The notes: generated from the letters alone by a model not told the origin. A stretch of 64,000 bases of DNA from an uncultured Gammaproteobacteria bacterium (GCA_963705725.1 CAVPKM010000001.1:16618-80617), one strand, 5' to 3'; positions 37,695-48,448 are shown, counted from the stretch's first letter. A program made the numbers and translations.

Positions 37695-40547
37695 ATGCAA
37701 GGATTGCTGGCTTTTTTAACGCCGATTGCGTTGTTTATTTTTTGGAGCATAATGGGTTTTGCCGTGTTGAGTTTGTTTAACCCACAAGGTAATGCACTCA
37801 AAAATAGCCTACTATCCCCCATTATTGGTGTTTCAATTACCATCCTACCTTTATTTTGGCTAAGCCGTTTTGGGTTGCCGGTTAGTGTCATTGCTTGGCC
37901 TTTAGCACTTAGTCTTTTATTTATTAGCCTGCTCATTTTAATTTGGCAGCGCCCTGTATTTCCGCTTAAAGATTATTTCCCCTTTGCAGGAATATTTCTT
38001 TTAGCTTTATCACTCACGGGTTATCCCTTGCTGCAATTCGGCTTTGATTGGGTCAGTTATGTTAACGATGATATGACCAACTATTGCCTGCTCGCTGCTC
38101 GCCTTTTAAAGCATGGATTTTTTCAGATGCCGAAAATCGAGGAATTGCTTGGAAGTAATGATGGCAGTTTGTTGATGTGGTATCTCCATGTTCCAGGTGC
38201 GAATCGATGCGGAGCAGAATTTATCTTGGCATTTGTCAGTGGACTCATGAGATTAAAAACCAGCTCTTGTTTTATGCCAACAATTTTAAGTTTACATTTA
38301 ATTTTAATTAGTTCTACGGCTGCATTTGCAATGGGACAAGTTAAAAACCAGCGACTCACAGCTTGGGTTGCCGCCTTATTATTGACATTTTCTGCTTTAA
38401 CTAGTTTGGGGACGCTATACCAATTAATTGCCCAAGTGCTGGGATTAAGTTTATTAGTTACTTGTATAATTTTTTTGTTGCAACCAATTAAAGAAAATCA
38501 AGTGATAAGAAAGAGCTTATTATTTTCGTTGATTGTGACAGCAACATTAATTAGTTACCCGGAAGTCATTCCCTTTATTGTAGTGAGCTTCATGCTTTAT
38601 ACGCTGCTGAATGTTATTCAGAAAAAAAATCCATTTAGCATGGCCTATTTGAAAATGCTGCTTTATTGCTTGGGATTTTCTTTAATCTTTGCAAATAAAT
38701 ATTTAGTTTCCGCGTTTAATTTTCTTTATATACAAATGCTCATTGGTTTTAGCCATCCCGATCAGCTGACTCGTGTTATGCTTTTCCCCTATTATTTAAT
38801 TCCAAGTGGCCTCGCGAATTTTTGGGGGTTGCAAGCTTTTTCTGTTTATCCGCAAGAGCCTTGGTTATCAATCAGTATTTTATTTGGCGCAATCTTAAGT
38901 TTGCTCACGCTATGTTGCATAGGTTGGGTGCTGAAAAAATATCGAGCACCATCAGCAATTGTCGTTGTCGCAATGTTACTTCCTGGTGTTAAATTATTTC
39001 TTTCCCAGTCTGATTTTGGATTGTATAAGCTTGCTATGTACCTGCAGCCTTTTCTTTTAGTGACGTTCGCTATTTTCATTCTCCATGTAATCAGAATAAA
39101 TTGGATGAAAACTCTGTTGGTGTTGCTTATTATTTCTGTCAATTTCTATGCGCTGATTTATTATGCTTCTGCCAGTAAGGGGCTGATAGCGGGGTCTGCA
39201 GTGGAAGTTCCCTTTGCTTCTAGTTCAAAAATTAGTCAAGAATTTGCGATGCTTTATAATCGTATTGATAATAATAAAGTTGTGTTAATTAATGACCCCA
39301 ATTTACAATTATTTAAATTAGCCGCCATTCAGTTTAATGGAAAAAAGAAAATTGATTCTAGTCCTGGTTTAGTCACCTTAAATTTAAATCCTTATGAAAC
39401 GGATTTTAGTAAGGTGTTGCCTAATCAATTTTTCTTTTATAAAGAGTTGAAAGAAATTAATGACCAAGTGAGAGCCAATTTAATTAACGAAATATTTATT
39501 TCTCCCGATTCTAAAATACCGCTTATTACTTTTTTAACGTTGAAAAAAAAACAGGTAAAACTCGAAGATATTTGTATTATCAGTTCTACTGCAGGACGAA
39601 ATATTCTTAATCATCGCCACACTTTGCATGAGAAAGGAAATTTTGTACTTTCTAATTGGGCAAGTACGCGTAATTTTCTCGAATATGTTAATTGTTCTCA
39701 TGGTTTTTCTTCTAGTGTCATACGAGGAAGTAATGTTTCGCTACATAATGTGGAAAAAGATTTAAATTATCCGGGAAAAATTATGCAGGGAATAGGGCAA
39801 TATCTACTTTTTAAAACACTCAATCCTTCATCGAAAAGTAGAATGTCTCTTGATATTAGTAACACGTTAACTGCAAGCAATGAAAATAAATTGCCATCAC
39901 CACAAGTCATCGGTCAAACGATTGCTAGGTTTGGAATAGTAGGGCGTGGTTCGGCACGGGTTTTTTCTCCTCCTTTGACGCCACAAAAAATCGGAGCATT
40001 TGACTATCTCTTGCTGAATATGGAAAGACCCCCATTTAAATTTCCCCATCCTAGAACCGGCTTAATGAAACTTTATGGTGATCAGATTGAAATCGATGTT
40101 AAGCAAATCGTCAGTTTTAGTCGTGATATTTCCTTGATCTCGAATAAGGAATATGAATCACTCAATCCTCCTGCTCAGCTTGAAAAGTTTCCGCAGGATC
40201 TCGCCAATATGAATTTAGAATATTCAGGAATTTATGAAGATGGATGGATATCGGAAGAATCATTTTTTATTTTGAAAAAGGAAGCAGGATACCAAGTATT
40301 ACAACTCAAATTAATGGTGCCGGAGATTGATAATAAGCAATTCACCACGCAGTTGACTATGTTGTTAGACGGTAAAGAAATTCTGGTTAGAAAACTCCCA
40401 CTCGGATTATTTGATTACTGCATCCCATTGACTGATGTGTTAACTGGAAAGCATAAAGTTGAATTACATTTTAATAAATTTCAAAAATTACCACGAGGAG
40501 ATAATCGTCCCGTGGTGGGTTCTTTGAAATTTATTGGGTTTAAGTGA
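37695..40547 (+). CDS. Large polytopic membrane protein with C-terminal soluble domain, GT-C-like, paralog 2
   Basis: Collinear with 34745-37681, sharing FGFDWVSYVNDDMTNYCL, GTLYQLIAQVLGL, PSGLA-x-FWGLQA, GRGSARVFS and EYSGIYEDGW. Confidence 0.65.
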   Translation: MQGLLAFLTPIALFIFWSIMGFAVLSLFNPQGNALKNSLLSPIIGVSITILPLFWLSRFGLPVSVIAWPLALSLLFISLLILIWQRPVFPLKDYFPFAGIFLLALSLTGYPLLQFGFDWVSYVNDDMTNYCLLAARLLKHGFFQMPKIEELLGSNDGSLLMWYLHVPGANRCGAEFILAFVSGLMRLKTSSCFMPTILSLHLILISSTAAFAMGQVKNQRLTAWVAALLLTFSALTSLGTLYQLIAQVLGLSLLVTCIIFLLQPIKENQVIRKSLLFSLIVTATLISYPEVIPFIVVSFMLYTLLNVIQKKNPFSMAYLKMLLYCLGFSLIFANKYLVSAFNFLYIQMLIGFSHPDQLTRVMLFPYYLIPSGLANFWGLQAFSVYPQEPWLSISILFGAILSLLTLCCIGWVLKKYRAPSAIVVVAMLLPGVKLFLSQSDFGLYKLAMYLQPFLLVTFAIFILHVIRINWMKTLLVLLIISVNFYALIYYASASKGLIAGSAVEVPFASSSKISQEFAMLYNRIDNNKVVLINDPNLQLFKLAAIQFNGKKKIDSSPGLVTLNLNPYETDFSKVLPNQFFFYKELKEINDQVRANLINEIFISPDSKIPLITFLTLKKKQVKLEDICIISSTAGRNILNHRHTLHEKGNFVLSNWASTRNFLEYVNCSHGFSSSVIRGSNVSLHNVEKDLNYPGKIMQGIGQYLLFKTLNPSSKSRMSLDISNTLTASNENKLPSPQVIGQTIARFGIVGRGSARVFSPPLTPQKIGAFDYLLLNMERPPFKFPHPRTGLMKLYGDQIEIDVKQIVSFSRDISLISNKEYESLNPPAQLEKFPQDLANMNLEYSGIYEDGWISEESFFILKKEAGYQVLQLKLMVPEIDNKQFTTQLTMLLDGKEILVRKLPLGLFDYCIPLTDVLTGKHKVELHFNKFQKLPRGDNRPVVGSLKFIGFK

Positions 40548-40808
40548 CAAACATCTTTATTGTTATTTATTAAATTTACAAAAAACTACCTTATTTTATC
40601 TTGTAACCGATTAATTTAGATAGAAATTTATTTTGATGGATGGTTGCTCGTGTGGGCAGGCATGACAAACGGGCTGATACCTATTGTCAGGACTTGCTTT
40701 AAACATTACACTGCTGCTTCCTTGGCAGCTTTGTGTAGCTACAAAGTGTCTGGGGTCATGGAAATTTCTTACAGGAGTTCGAATAATAGATAATAATAAG
40801 AGGTTTTT

Positions 40809-41435
40809 ATGAAAAAACTGATAAAAATGATTAGCCTGTCATTAATTTCTTTGCCTGTAAGCCAGGTAGTATTGGCCACATCTTATAATCATTGTCACCC
40901 ATTTTATCTTGGGGCAGAAATCGGTTATGGAGATACGCATTATAGTGACGTGGTGATATTTGACCAAAAGCATGCACTTGGTGATAAAGGCAGGGCAAAA
41001 GATGGCGGCTTGGCGGGACGTTTACTTGCAGGTTTTGATATCAATCAAAATCTTGCGCTAGAACTTGGCTATACCCGTTACTCAAATCCAGAGTATCATT
41101 TTGATAATGACTCCAAATACAGCTTTTCAGAGCAATCACTTGACTTCTTAGCAAAAGTGTCCCTTCCTGTTACCTGTCAGCTAAGCGTTTATGCTAAGGG
41201 TGGTTTGTCCTATGTTCATACTGATGATGCAGAGCGTGTAGTTAACAACAACACCGTATATAAATTATCAGAATCGAATACTCAGGTTAGACCAATGTTA
41301 GGTGTTGGGGCAAGTTATGCTTTCACTCCAAAAGTCGCAGGCACTGTTGGTTATTATCGAACCTTCGGTAAAGAAAATTTAGGTGATGGTGATGCAGATT
41401 TTGTTGGAGCAGGAATAACCTTTAGAATTGGTTAA
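40809..41435 (+). CDS. OmpA-like 8-stranded outer-membrane beta-barrel protein
   Basis: Signal peptide, FYLGAEIGY, GFDINQNLALELGY, GVGASYAF and terminal GAGITFRIG strand. Confidence 0.85.
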   Translation: MKKLIKMISLSLISLPVSQVVLATSYNHCHPFYLGAEIGYGDTHYSDVVIFDQKHALGDKGRAKDGGLAGRLLAGFDINQNLALELGYTRYSNPEYHFDNDSKYSFSEQSLDFLAKVSLPVTCQLSVYAKGGLSYVHTDDAERVVNNNTVYKLSESNTQVRPMLGVGASYAFTPKVAGTVGYYRTFGKENLGDGDADFVGAGITFRIG

Positions 41436-41445
41436 TCGTTTTTGA

Positions 41446-41477
41446 AAAATCAAGAGGAGGAGACTCCTCTTGATTTT
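41446..41477 (+). terminator. Intrinsic terminator after the OMP gene
   Basis: AAAATCAAGAGGAG-GAGA-CTCCTCTTGATTTT: perfect 14-bp stem with a GNRA loop, ending in Ts. Confidence 0.8.
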
Positions 41478-41498
41478 CAAAGGATTAAGGAGGAGAAG

Positions 41499-41714
41499 AT
41501 GACAAAAAAACAAGCTTGCACCACCGTGCATTATGAAATTACGCGGCATGATTTACCCTTATCCTGTCCTATGCCTAAGATGCGTTTGTGGGATGCACAT
41601 CCACGAGTTTTTTTGTCGATTGAAGAATCGGGCCATGCCGTTTGTCCTTATTGTAGTACTGAATATTTCCTAAAAGATTTTGAAAAAAGAAACAAACTTA
41701 TCGATAACTGTTGA
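41499..41714 (+). CDS. Small zf-CHCC zinc-finger protein
   Basis: DLPLSCP..W-x-AHPRVFL..CPYC motif. Start moved to ATG 41499, after AGGAGG. Confidence 0.85.
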   Translation: MTKKQACTTVHYEITRHDLPLSCPMPKMRLWDAHPRVFLSIEESGHAVCPYCSTEYFLKDFEKRNKLIDNC

Positions 41715-41733
41715 TGTAAAGGTGTCCATTCGC

Positions 41734-42765
41734 ATGGAGTCTCAAATCTTAGTAGTGGGTCCTGCTTGGATCGGCGATATGGTAATGGCTCAGACATTAT
41801 TCAAACTGTTAAAATATCATCATCCCTCGCTTGCGATTGATGTGGTGTCCCCTTCTTGGACGATGCCCCTGGTTTCCCGTATGCCTGAAGTTCGTACCGC
41901 GATTTCTTTTCCATTTAAGCATGGAGAACTGAAATTATTTAAACGGTATGCCTTTGCTAAAGCTCTGCGAAAAAAGCATTATACTCATGCGATTATCCTG
42001 CCACATTCTTTTAAGTCGGCACTGACCGCTTATTGGGCTAAAATTCCAAAGCGTACCGGTTGGGTGGGGGAGTCACGTTATGGGTTGCTGAATGATATCC
42101 GCCGTTTAAATAAAACAGATTATCCACTCATGATTCAACAGTTTGCTGCACTTGGAGTTGAAAAAACCCAAATTCTTCCTCACCTCGAAGCCTTTTATCC
42201 CAAGCTTGAGGTCGATGAGCGGGATAAAATCGCCGCAACCAAAAAATTTGATTTTCATACTGAACAACCCATGTTGGCACTTTGCCCAGGCGCCGAATTT
42301 GGTCCTTCAAAACGCTGGCCTATTCATTATTTTTCAAGCGTTGCCCAATCCCTCTTGAATCAGGGTTGGCAGGTCGTGATTTTAGGTTCTCAAGCAGAAA
42401 GTCAGCTTGCAGATGATTTAATGGAGTCAACGAATGGGCGATGTATAGATCTCACAGGAAAAACCACATTAACAGAAGCAATCGATGTCCTTTCCCTTAC
42501 CCAAGCAGTGATCGCTAATGATTCAGGATTAATGCATATTGCAGCGGCGCTTGATCGGCCACTTGTTGTTATCTATGGATCATCATCCCCTGCTTTTACG
42601 CCGCCGCTGGGTAACAATGTGGCGATTGCAAATTTATCACTCGATTGCAGCCCTTGTTTTAAACGGCAATGTCCGTTAGGTCATCATGATTGCATGCAAA
42701 AGTTGCAACCAGATAGCATTCTTTCAAAATTAGCCGCAATTGTTCCATCTCTACGAGAAGCATGA
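41734..42765 (+). CDS. waaF: LPS heptosyltransferase II
   Basis: ILVVGPAWIGDMVMAQ, CPGAEFGPSKRWP, NDSGLMHIAAA and CSPCFKRQCPLGH motifs. Start moved to ATG 41734. Confidence 0.95.
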   Translation: MESQILVVGPAWIGDMVMAQTLFKLLKYHHPSLAIDVVSPSWTMPLVSRMPEVRTAISFPFKHGELKLFKRYAFAKALRKKHYTHAIILPHSFKSALTAYWAKIPKRTGWVGESRYGLLNDIRRLNKTDYPLMIQQFAALGVEKTQILPHLEAFYPKLEVDERDKIAATKKFDFHTEQPMLALCPGAEFGPSKRWPIHYFSSVAQSLLNQGWQVVILGSQAESQLADDLMESTNGRCIDLTGKTTLTEAIDVLSLTQAVIANDSGLMHIAAALDRPLVVIYGSSSPAFTPPLGNNVAIANLSLDCSPCFKRQCPLGHHDCMQKLQPDSILSKLAAIVPSLREA

Positions 42766-43796
42766 TGACTAAAATACTCATTGTAAAAACTTCTTCCATG
42801 GGTGATGTCATTCATTCACTGCCTGCATTGACAGATGCAGCCAAGGCGATACCAAATATTAATGTTGATTGGGTGGTAGAAGAAGCTTTTGCTGAAATTC
42901 CAAAATGGCATGCCAATGTGAATCAAGTGATGCCGATTGCTTGGCGTCGTTTTAGAAAAAAACCACTTTCACATTGGAGCATTAAAGGTATTAAACGCTT
43001 TTTGAGCGTACTTAGAAGTGAAAACTATGATTATATTATCGATGCCCAAGGGCTGATTAAAAGTGCGGTGATTGCAAGTTTGGCAAGAGGGACTCGCTTC
43101 GGACTTGATCGACATTCAGCTTGGGAATCGATTGCCAGTTTTGCCTATCAAAAAAAAATAGCGGTGGATCCCAAGCAGCATGCCATCACCCGTGTTCGGA
43201 AATTATTCAGTAGCGCGTTGGGTTATCCTTATCAGGACACTACTCCAGAATATGGAATGGTTACCCGTCACCTTAAGCAAAATCACACAAACATCAGCGC
43301 TTACTTGGTCTTCATTCATGGTACAACGTGGAAGACCAAGGAATGGCCTGAAAAATATTGGATTGAGCTGGTTAAGCTTGCTGGAATAAAAGGATATCGT
43401 GTTTTGTTACCTTGGGGCAATGCGAGCGAATATGAACGCGCAAAACGAATTAGCCTGAATTTTGAGCATGTAGAAGTTTTGCCGGCCTGTTCTCTGAGTG
43501 AAATTGCAAGTTATCTCGTTGCTGCTGAAGGGATTGTCAGCGTGGATACCGGTTTGGGGCATTTAGCTGCGGCACTTTCTCTTCCTACTGTTTCCCTTTA
43601 TGGGCCAACCGATCCAAAGGAAATCGGCACAATGGGAGCAAGGCAAGGTCATATTGCTGCAACTTTCAACTGCGCACCTTGCTTAAATTCATACTGTCGC
43701 TATGGGCAATCGAAACATGAATCCGCAGCTTGCTTTGTTTCTATTCCTCCCTCTCTGGTTTGGGATAGGTTACAAAAGGTGATTGAATCATGCTAA
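42762..43796 (+). CDS. waaC: LPS heptosyltransferase I
   Basis: ILIVKTSSMGDVIH, WVVEE-x-F, DAQGLIKS, VDTGLGHLAAA and LYGPT motifs. Confidence 0.95.
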   Translation: MMTKILIVKTSSMGDVIHSLPALTDAAKAIPNINVDWVVEEAFAEIPKWHANVNQVMPIAWRRFRKKPLSHWSIKGIKRFLSVLRSENYDYIIDAQGLIKSAVIASLARGTRFGLDRHSAWESIASFAYQKKIAVDPKQHAITRVRKLFSSALGYPYQDTTPEYGMVTRHLKQNHTNISAYLVFIHGTTWKTKEWPEKYWIELVKLAGIKGYRVLLPWGNASEYERAKRISLNFEHVEVLPACSLSEIASYLVAAEGIVSVDTGLGHLAAALSLPTVSLYGPTDPKEIGTMGARQGHIAATFNCAPCLNSYCRYGQSKHESAACFVSIPPSLVWDRLQKVIESC

Positions 43797-44578
43797 GGGC
43801 AGTATCCATTATTATCACCACCTATAATTGGCCAGAAGCATTAGAACGGGTACTTGTGGGATTAACCCAGCAGACTTATGCTAATTTTGAGGTGATCATT
43901 GCCGATGATGGTTCAGAGTCAAAGACAGCCTTATTGATAGAATCAATCAGGGAGCAATATTCATTGAACATCCACCATGTTTGGCAACCAGATGAAGGAT
44001 TTCGGGCTGCAAAAATACGCAATAAAGCGGTGGCGATAGCAAGTGGCGATTATTTGGTATTTTTAGATGGTGACTGTATTCCGCTGCCAAGTTTCGTAAA
44101 AAGACATACGGCGCTCGCAGAACCTGGCTGGTTTGTTGCAGGGAATCGAATTTTATTAGGAAAGCCATATACTAAGGAAGTCATTGAAAAAAAACTGGAT
44201 CTAAGCAAATTAACTTTCTGGCAATGGCTTCTGCTTCGAAGTCGAGGTGGTTGCAATCGACTATTGCCATTGTTATTTTTAAGACGATATAGAAGGAAAA
44301 ACAAGCCTGACAAATGGCAGGGAGCGAAAACTTGCAACTTGGCTATCTGGAAGAAGGATTTTGACGCTGTTCGAGGATTTGATGAGGCCTTTACCGGTTG
44401 GGGGTTTGAGGATTCCGATTTAGTGGTACGCCTCAATCACAGGGGAATAAAACGCAAGGAAGGAAAATTTGCCATTCCAGTATTACATTTGTGGCACAAA
44501 GAAAATAATCGCATGGATGCAGATAATAATTACAGACGTTTTATGTTTAGCAAGAAGCGTCTTGAGGGAAAACAATAA
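43790..44578 (+). CDS. GT2 glycosyltransferase (LPS core)
   Basis: SIIITTYNWPEAL, ADDGS, FLDGDC and GFDE-x-F-x-GWG-x-EDSD motifs. Confidence 0.9.
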   Translation: MLRAVSIIITTYNWPEALERVLVGLTQQTYANFEVIIADDGSESKTALLIESIREQYSLNIHHVWQPDEGFRAAKIRNKAVAIASGDYLVFLDGDCIPLPSFVKRHTALAEPGWFVAGNRILLGKPYTKEVIEKKLDLSKLTFWQWLLLRSRGGCNRLLPLLFLRRYRRKNKPDKWQGAKTCNLAIWKKDFDAVRGFDEAFTGWGFEDSDLVVRLNHRGIKRKEGKFAIPVLHLWHKENNRMDADNNYRRFMFSKKRLEGKQ

Positions 44579-45796
44579 ATGTTATCGATTAATTATGTAC
44601 AGAACGAAGTTGCATTAAAATTACCAACTCTGGCACGATGGTTAATCGTGCTTAGTCTCTTATCCCTCATGATTCATGTTCCATTTTTAAATGCTGCTTG
44701 TTGGGTCGCGGGTTTTTTTATGCTGTTATCTAAAAATGGAATAAAAAATTGGAGCATGATTGTTAAGGACAAAGTCGTGCTAGCGGGGCTATGCTTAATT
44801 TTTATTTTCACCATGAGTTTATGTTACAGCGATGCTAGCTCGCACATTGCATTGCGTTGCTGGAATAAATATTTAAAAATTTTCTATTTACTTTTTTTCT
44901 TGCCGCTTTTCCTAGAAAAAAAATGGCGAATGATGGCTATTCATAGTCTTATTGCAAGTGTGATGTTAAGTGAATTTTTTTCTTACTTACATTTTTTTTC
45001 GATTTTAAAATTAGGTTATTCTCCCGCAAAACATTGGTTATTTGTTCAAGATCTAGATGCGAGTTTTATTGTTTCATTCGTATGTTATTTGCTTGCTAAT
45101 CTCGCTTGGGAAAATCGCAAATATCGTGGATATTATTTAGGTTGTTTGGCGGTGTGTAGCTTTAATATTTTATTTTTAAATGTAGAGCGCACGGGTTATG
45201 TCATTTATCTTGGGCTCGCTAGTCTTTTTTTATTGCAACACTTTAAATGGAAAGGGTTATTGTCCGCGTTTCTTGCGGTGCCGCTGACGTTGAGTGTACT
45301 TTATTTCAGCTCAAACCCCTTTCATGAACGAGTCAATCAAGTCGCGAGTAATTTGTCGGAATATCATCATGGCCATCAGGTGACTTCAATTGGACTGCGT
45401 TTATTATTTGCGAAATACAGTTTAAAAATAGTGGAAGACCACATGGTTCAAGGTGTGGGTGTAGGCAGTTTTGAGGAGAGTTATCGAGCGTTACAAGGAC
45501 CAAAAATGATAGACGGAACTTGGCCTGCGCATCCTCATGATGAATATATTAACATCCTGTTACAAACGGGCATTGTCGGCTTAATCACTTATTTGCTTTG
45601 GATAGGTTTGCAAATTCATGTCTCTTTTTCCCTCCCGAAATTAGAAAAAAATTTGCTTCAAGGCTTAATACTTGGGTTTGGCTTGCTTGGTTTTTGTAAC
45701 GCATCGTTAATGGTCAATCCTGCAGGAGCTTGTTACTTGCTTTTTCTAGCCGTGTTTTTAGCTTCAAAATATGAAAGAACGCTATCATGCGTGTAG
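44579..45796 (+). CDS. waaL: O-antigen ligase family protein
   Basis: Polytopic membrane protein with ERTG, TSIGLR, GVGVGSF and HPHDEY motifs in a waa cluster. Confidence 0.85.
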   Translation: MLSINYVQNEVALKLPTLARWLIVLSLLSLMIHVPFLNAACWVAGFFMLLSKNGIKNWSMIVKDKVVLAGLCLIFIFTMSLCYSDASSHIALRCWNKYLKIFYLLFFLPLFLEKKWRMMAIHSLIASVMLSEFFSYLHFFSILKLGYSPAKHWLFVQDLDASFIVSFVCYLLANLAWENRKYRGYYLGCLAVCSFNILFLNVERTGYVIYLGLASLFLLQHFKWKGLLSAFLAVPLTLSVLYFSSNPFHERVNQVASNLSEYHHGHQVTSIGLRLLFAKYSLKIVEDHMVQGVGVGSFEESYRALQGPKMIDGTWPAHPHDEYINILLQTGIVGLITYLLWIGLQIHVSFSLPKLEKNLLQGLILGFGLLGFCNASLMVNPAGACYLLFLAVFLASKYERTLSCV

Positions 45797-46809
45797 CCTT
45801 ACTGCATCATCAATATAAATTGAAAGGAGGGATGGAATCGTATTTTTTTAATTTGATTAAAGGATTTAATCAATGTCATGATGAAATTACAGCCTATGTT
45901 TATCGACGTGATAAAAAAACCCCCTTGCTTTGTTCAGTTAAGCAATATGCTTTATATTGGCTGCCAAGAGTTCTTCGAAAATATTATTTTGGGATGTATA
46001 TCAGCAAGAAGATCCCGCATCATGATATCCACATCAGTCTAATGCGTGCATTCAATCAAGATATGATTATTTGCGGTGGTACGCATTTAGGATTTTTAAA
46101 AAAAACCAGAAAAAAACCCGGATTTTTCGATAAATTAGAAATTGCTGTGGAAAGAAAAAGTTATCACACCGCGCGCTTTGTGATCGCGCATTCTAATTTA
46201 GTGAAACAAGAATTGATTCATGATTATCATGTGAGTGAAGAAAAAATTGTTTTATTGTTCCCTCCACTTGATGTGGATCATTTTACCAAATCTTCGCAGA
46301 CTGCTTTGCAATTAAAACGTAGCTTTGGTTTAGATCCTTTAAAAAAATCGTTTTTATTTCCATCAACAGGTCATAAGAGAAAAGGATTAGACATTTTAAT
46401 TGAGGCAATGGCGCAATTGCCTCAAGAACAGTTTGAACTAGTAATTGCAGGTGATCCGCCTAAGGCTCTCACTAACAATATTAAATATGTGGGCTTTATC
46501 AAACAGATGTCACTGCTTTATCAAGCTTGTGACGCAACGATTTTGCCTTCCTATTATGAACCATTTGGCTTAGTGGTGATTGAATCTTTGCAATCAGGAA
46601 CACCCGTGATTGTTTCTAATCAGGTGGGCGCTAAAGATTTAATTACAGAAAAAGAAGGCATAGTGTTAGATAGTCTTACGCCTGAAGCATTGGCGAAGGC
46701 GATGATAACGATAGTCAGTAATAAATATTCTATTGATGCAGATTTTGCTATACGTCATGAGCTCACCATTCAAAACCATATTGATAAAATTAAGCTGTTA
46801 ATGCAATAG
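45787..46809 (+). CDS. GT4 glycosyltransferase
   Basis: GGME, RKGL and LPS-x-YEPFGLV-x-x-E motifs. Confidence 0.9.
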   Translation: MRVALLHHQYKLKGGMESYFFNLIKGFNQCHDEITAYVYRRDKKTPLLCSVKQYALYWLPRVLRKYYFGMYISKKIPHHDIHISLMRAFNQDMIICGGTHLGFLKKTRKKPGFFDKLEIAVERKSYHTARFVIAHSNLVKQELIHDYHVSEEKIVLLFPPLDVDHFTKSSQTALQLKRSFGLDPLKKSFLFPSTGHKRKGLDILIEAMAQLPQEQFELVIAGDPPKALTNNIKYVGFIKQMSLLYQACDATILPSYYEPFGLVVIESLQSGTPVIVSNQVGAKDLITEKEGIVLDSLTPEALAKAMITIVSNKYSIDADFAIRHELTIQNHIDKIKLLMQ

Positions 46810-46819
46810 AGTTAAAGCC

Positions 46820-47767
46820 ATGAGTAAAAAACAACGTGTAGAAAAATTATTAAAGCAACCACTTAGCAAGGAAGGATCGATCGCATTTATCTGCTCTTCC
46901 TGTCTTGGCGATACCTTAATGGGCTTAGTGACGGTTAATAATCTCATTCGTAATGGTTATCAAGTTGATGTCTATGGAGATTATGCTTTTGCGCTGCAAG
47001 ATTGGTTTCCTCAATTTAAAATTTTCCCATTCTTAAAGCAGAATAATCAATTTCAACTTAAAAATTATGCGGTGGTTTTGCATCTTTATGATTCAAAATT
47101 TTCTCAAGAAGTGGCTAGTTGGCATCCCGTTTCCATTACTTTATCGGAGTCTATTTATTATCTTGCTGATATGACGATGACAGATATTCAGGTCACTTTA
47201 TGCCGACAAGAATTTGCTCTCAATCGAGTAGAACGGGTCAATCGAATTCAGCCGCCTGCAGATTTACAATTTAGAAAATATAAGAATCGCATTGTGCTTC
47301 ATCCCACCAGTTCTTTGCCCAGAAAAAATTGGCCGCCAAAAAAATTTTTGGAATTGACAAAAAAGCTACGGGCAGAAGGGTTGAAAAGTTATTTCATTGT
47401 GTCACCTAATGACCGTCAAGATTGGTTATGGGTTGAAAAAGCAGGAGTGGATTTACCTAATTTTTCTTCCCTGAGCGATGTGGCAAGTTTTATTTATGAA
47501 TCGAGTTTTTTTATAGGCAATGATTCCGGTATTGGGCATTTAGCTTCCAACCTCGGCATTCCAACCGTTTCAATTATTCTCAGAAAAGGCGTGGCTAAGC
47601 AATGGCGACCTTCATGGGCGCCAGGCAAGGTGGTACTGTCCCCATCGTGGCTAAACCCAAGGCCTATCAAAGAAAAATTGTGGAAAAAATTCACGCGTGT
47701 GGCTAAGGTGAAAGCGGCTTTTGATAAATTAAGAAATGAAGTTAATTTAATCAATGATGAAAAATAG
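46820..47767 (+). CDS. GT9 heptosyltransferase-family protein
   Basis: LGDT, LHP-x-S-x4-KNWP and FIGNDSGIGHLAS motifs. Confidence 0.85.
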   Translation: MSKKQRVEKLLKQPLSKEGSIAFICSSCLGDTLMGLVTVNNLIRNGYQVDVYGDYAFALQDWFPQFKIFPFLKQNNQFQLKNYAVVLHLYDSKFSQEVASWHPVSITLSESIYYLADMTMTDIQVTLCRQEFALNRVERVNRIQPPADLQFRKYKNRIVLHPTSSLPRKNWPPKKFLELTKKLRAEGLKSYFIVSPNDRQDWLWVEKAGVDLPNFSSLSDVASFIYESSFFIGNDSGIGHLASNLGIPTVSIILRKGVAKQWRPSWAPGKVVLSPSWLNPRPIKEKLWKKFTRVAKVKAAFDKLRNEVNLINDEK

Positions 47768-48448
47768 TGTGATAAAAAAAGGGTCAATTCGCTATGAATT
47801 TTTGTGCCAAAAAAATTTCCAAGCAGAAATGTTGGCTCTTTTAGAGGCCATTCATCACCAATCCTTGCCGATTGAGCAGTATTATAAAAATCAACTGGGT
47901 GATACCACGACCGTTTTTAAAACTTCTATTGGAATGAATACTTATATTATTAAGCGTTATAATTTTAGAAATTTAATGCATGGATTAAAATTACAATTTC
48001 GCAAAAGCTATGGATTTCGTTCTTACTATACCGCTATCTATTTGCAACAAATCGGCATTCCTACCATTCAGCCATTCGCTGCAATTCAGGCAAAAAAAAG
48101 GGATTAAAACAAGAATCTTATTTTATTTCACATTTTGAAGCAGGACTTCCAGGATGTGTTTATTTTTCTAAAGATTCCAAACATCAAGCAACATGGCCTG
48201 AAACAATTTTAGAAATATTGAAAACAACCAGGCAATTAAAAGAGCATCGAATTTATCATGGTGATTATCATTTTGGAAATTTTTTAATCGTCAACAAAAT
48301 CCCTCTATTGCTAGATTTGGACCATGCAAAAAAAATTTCTCAAAATAAAATTAATCGATTTCATCGCAAAGACAGAAAAAATTTTCATCGCTATTTAAAG
48401 CGTCATCCCTTAGCAAGGCTTAAATTTGAGGAGTGTGGTTATACCTAG
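47754..48448 (+). CDS. LPS kinase (InaA/Kdo/WaaP family), split at an A-homopolymer near 48095
   Basis: IIKRYN and GIPT-x-x-P-x-A in the first ORF; IYHGDYHFGNFL and LLDLD in the second. Confidence 0.78.
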
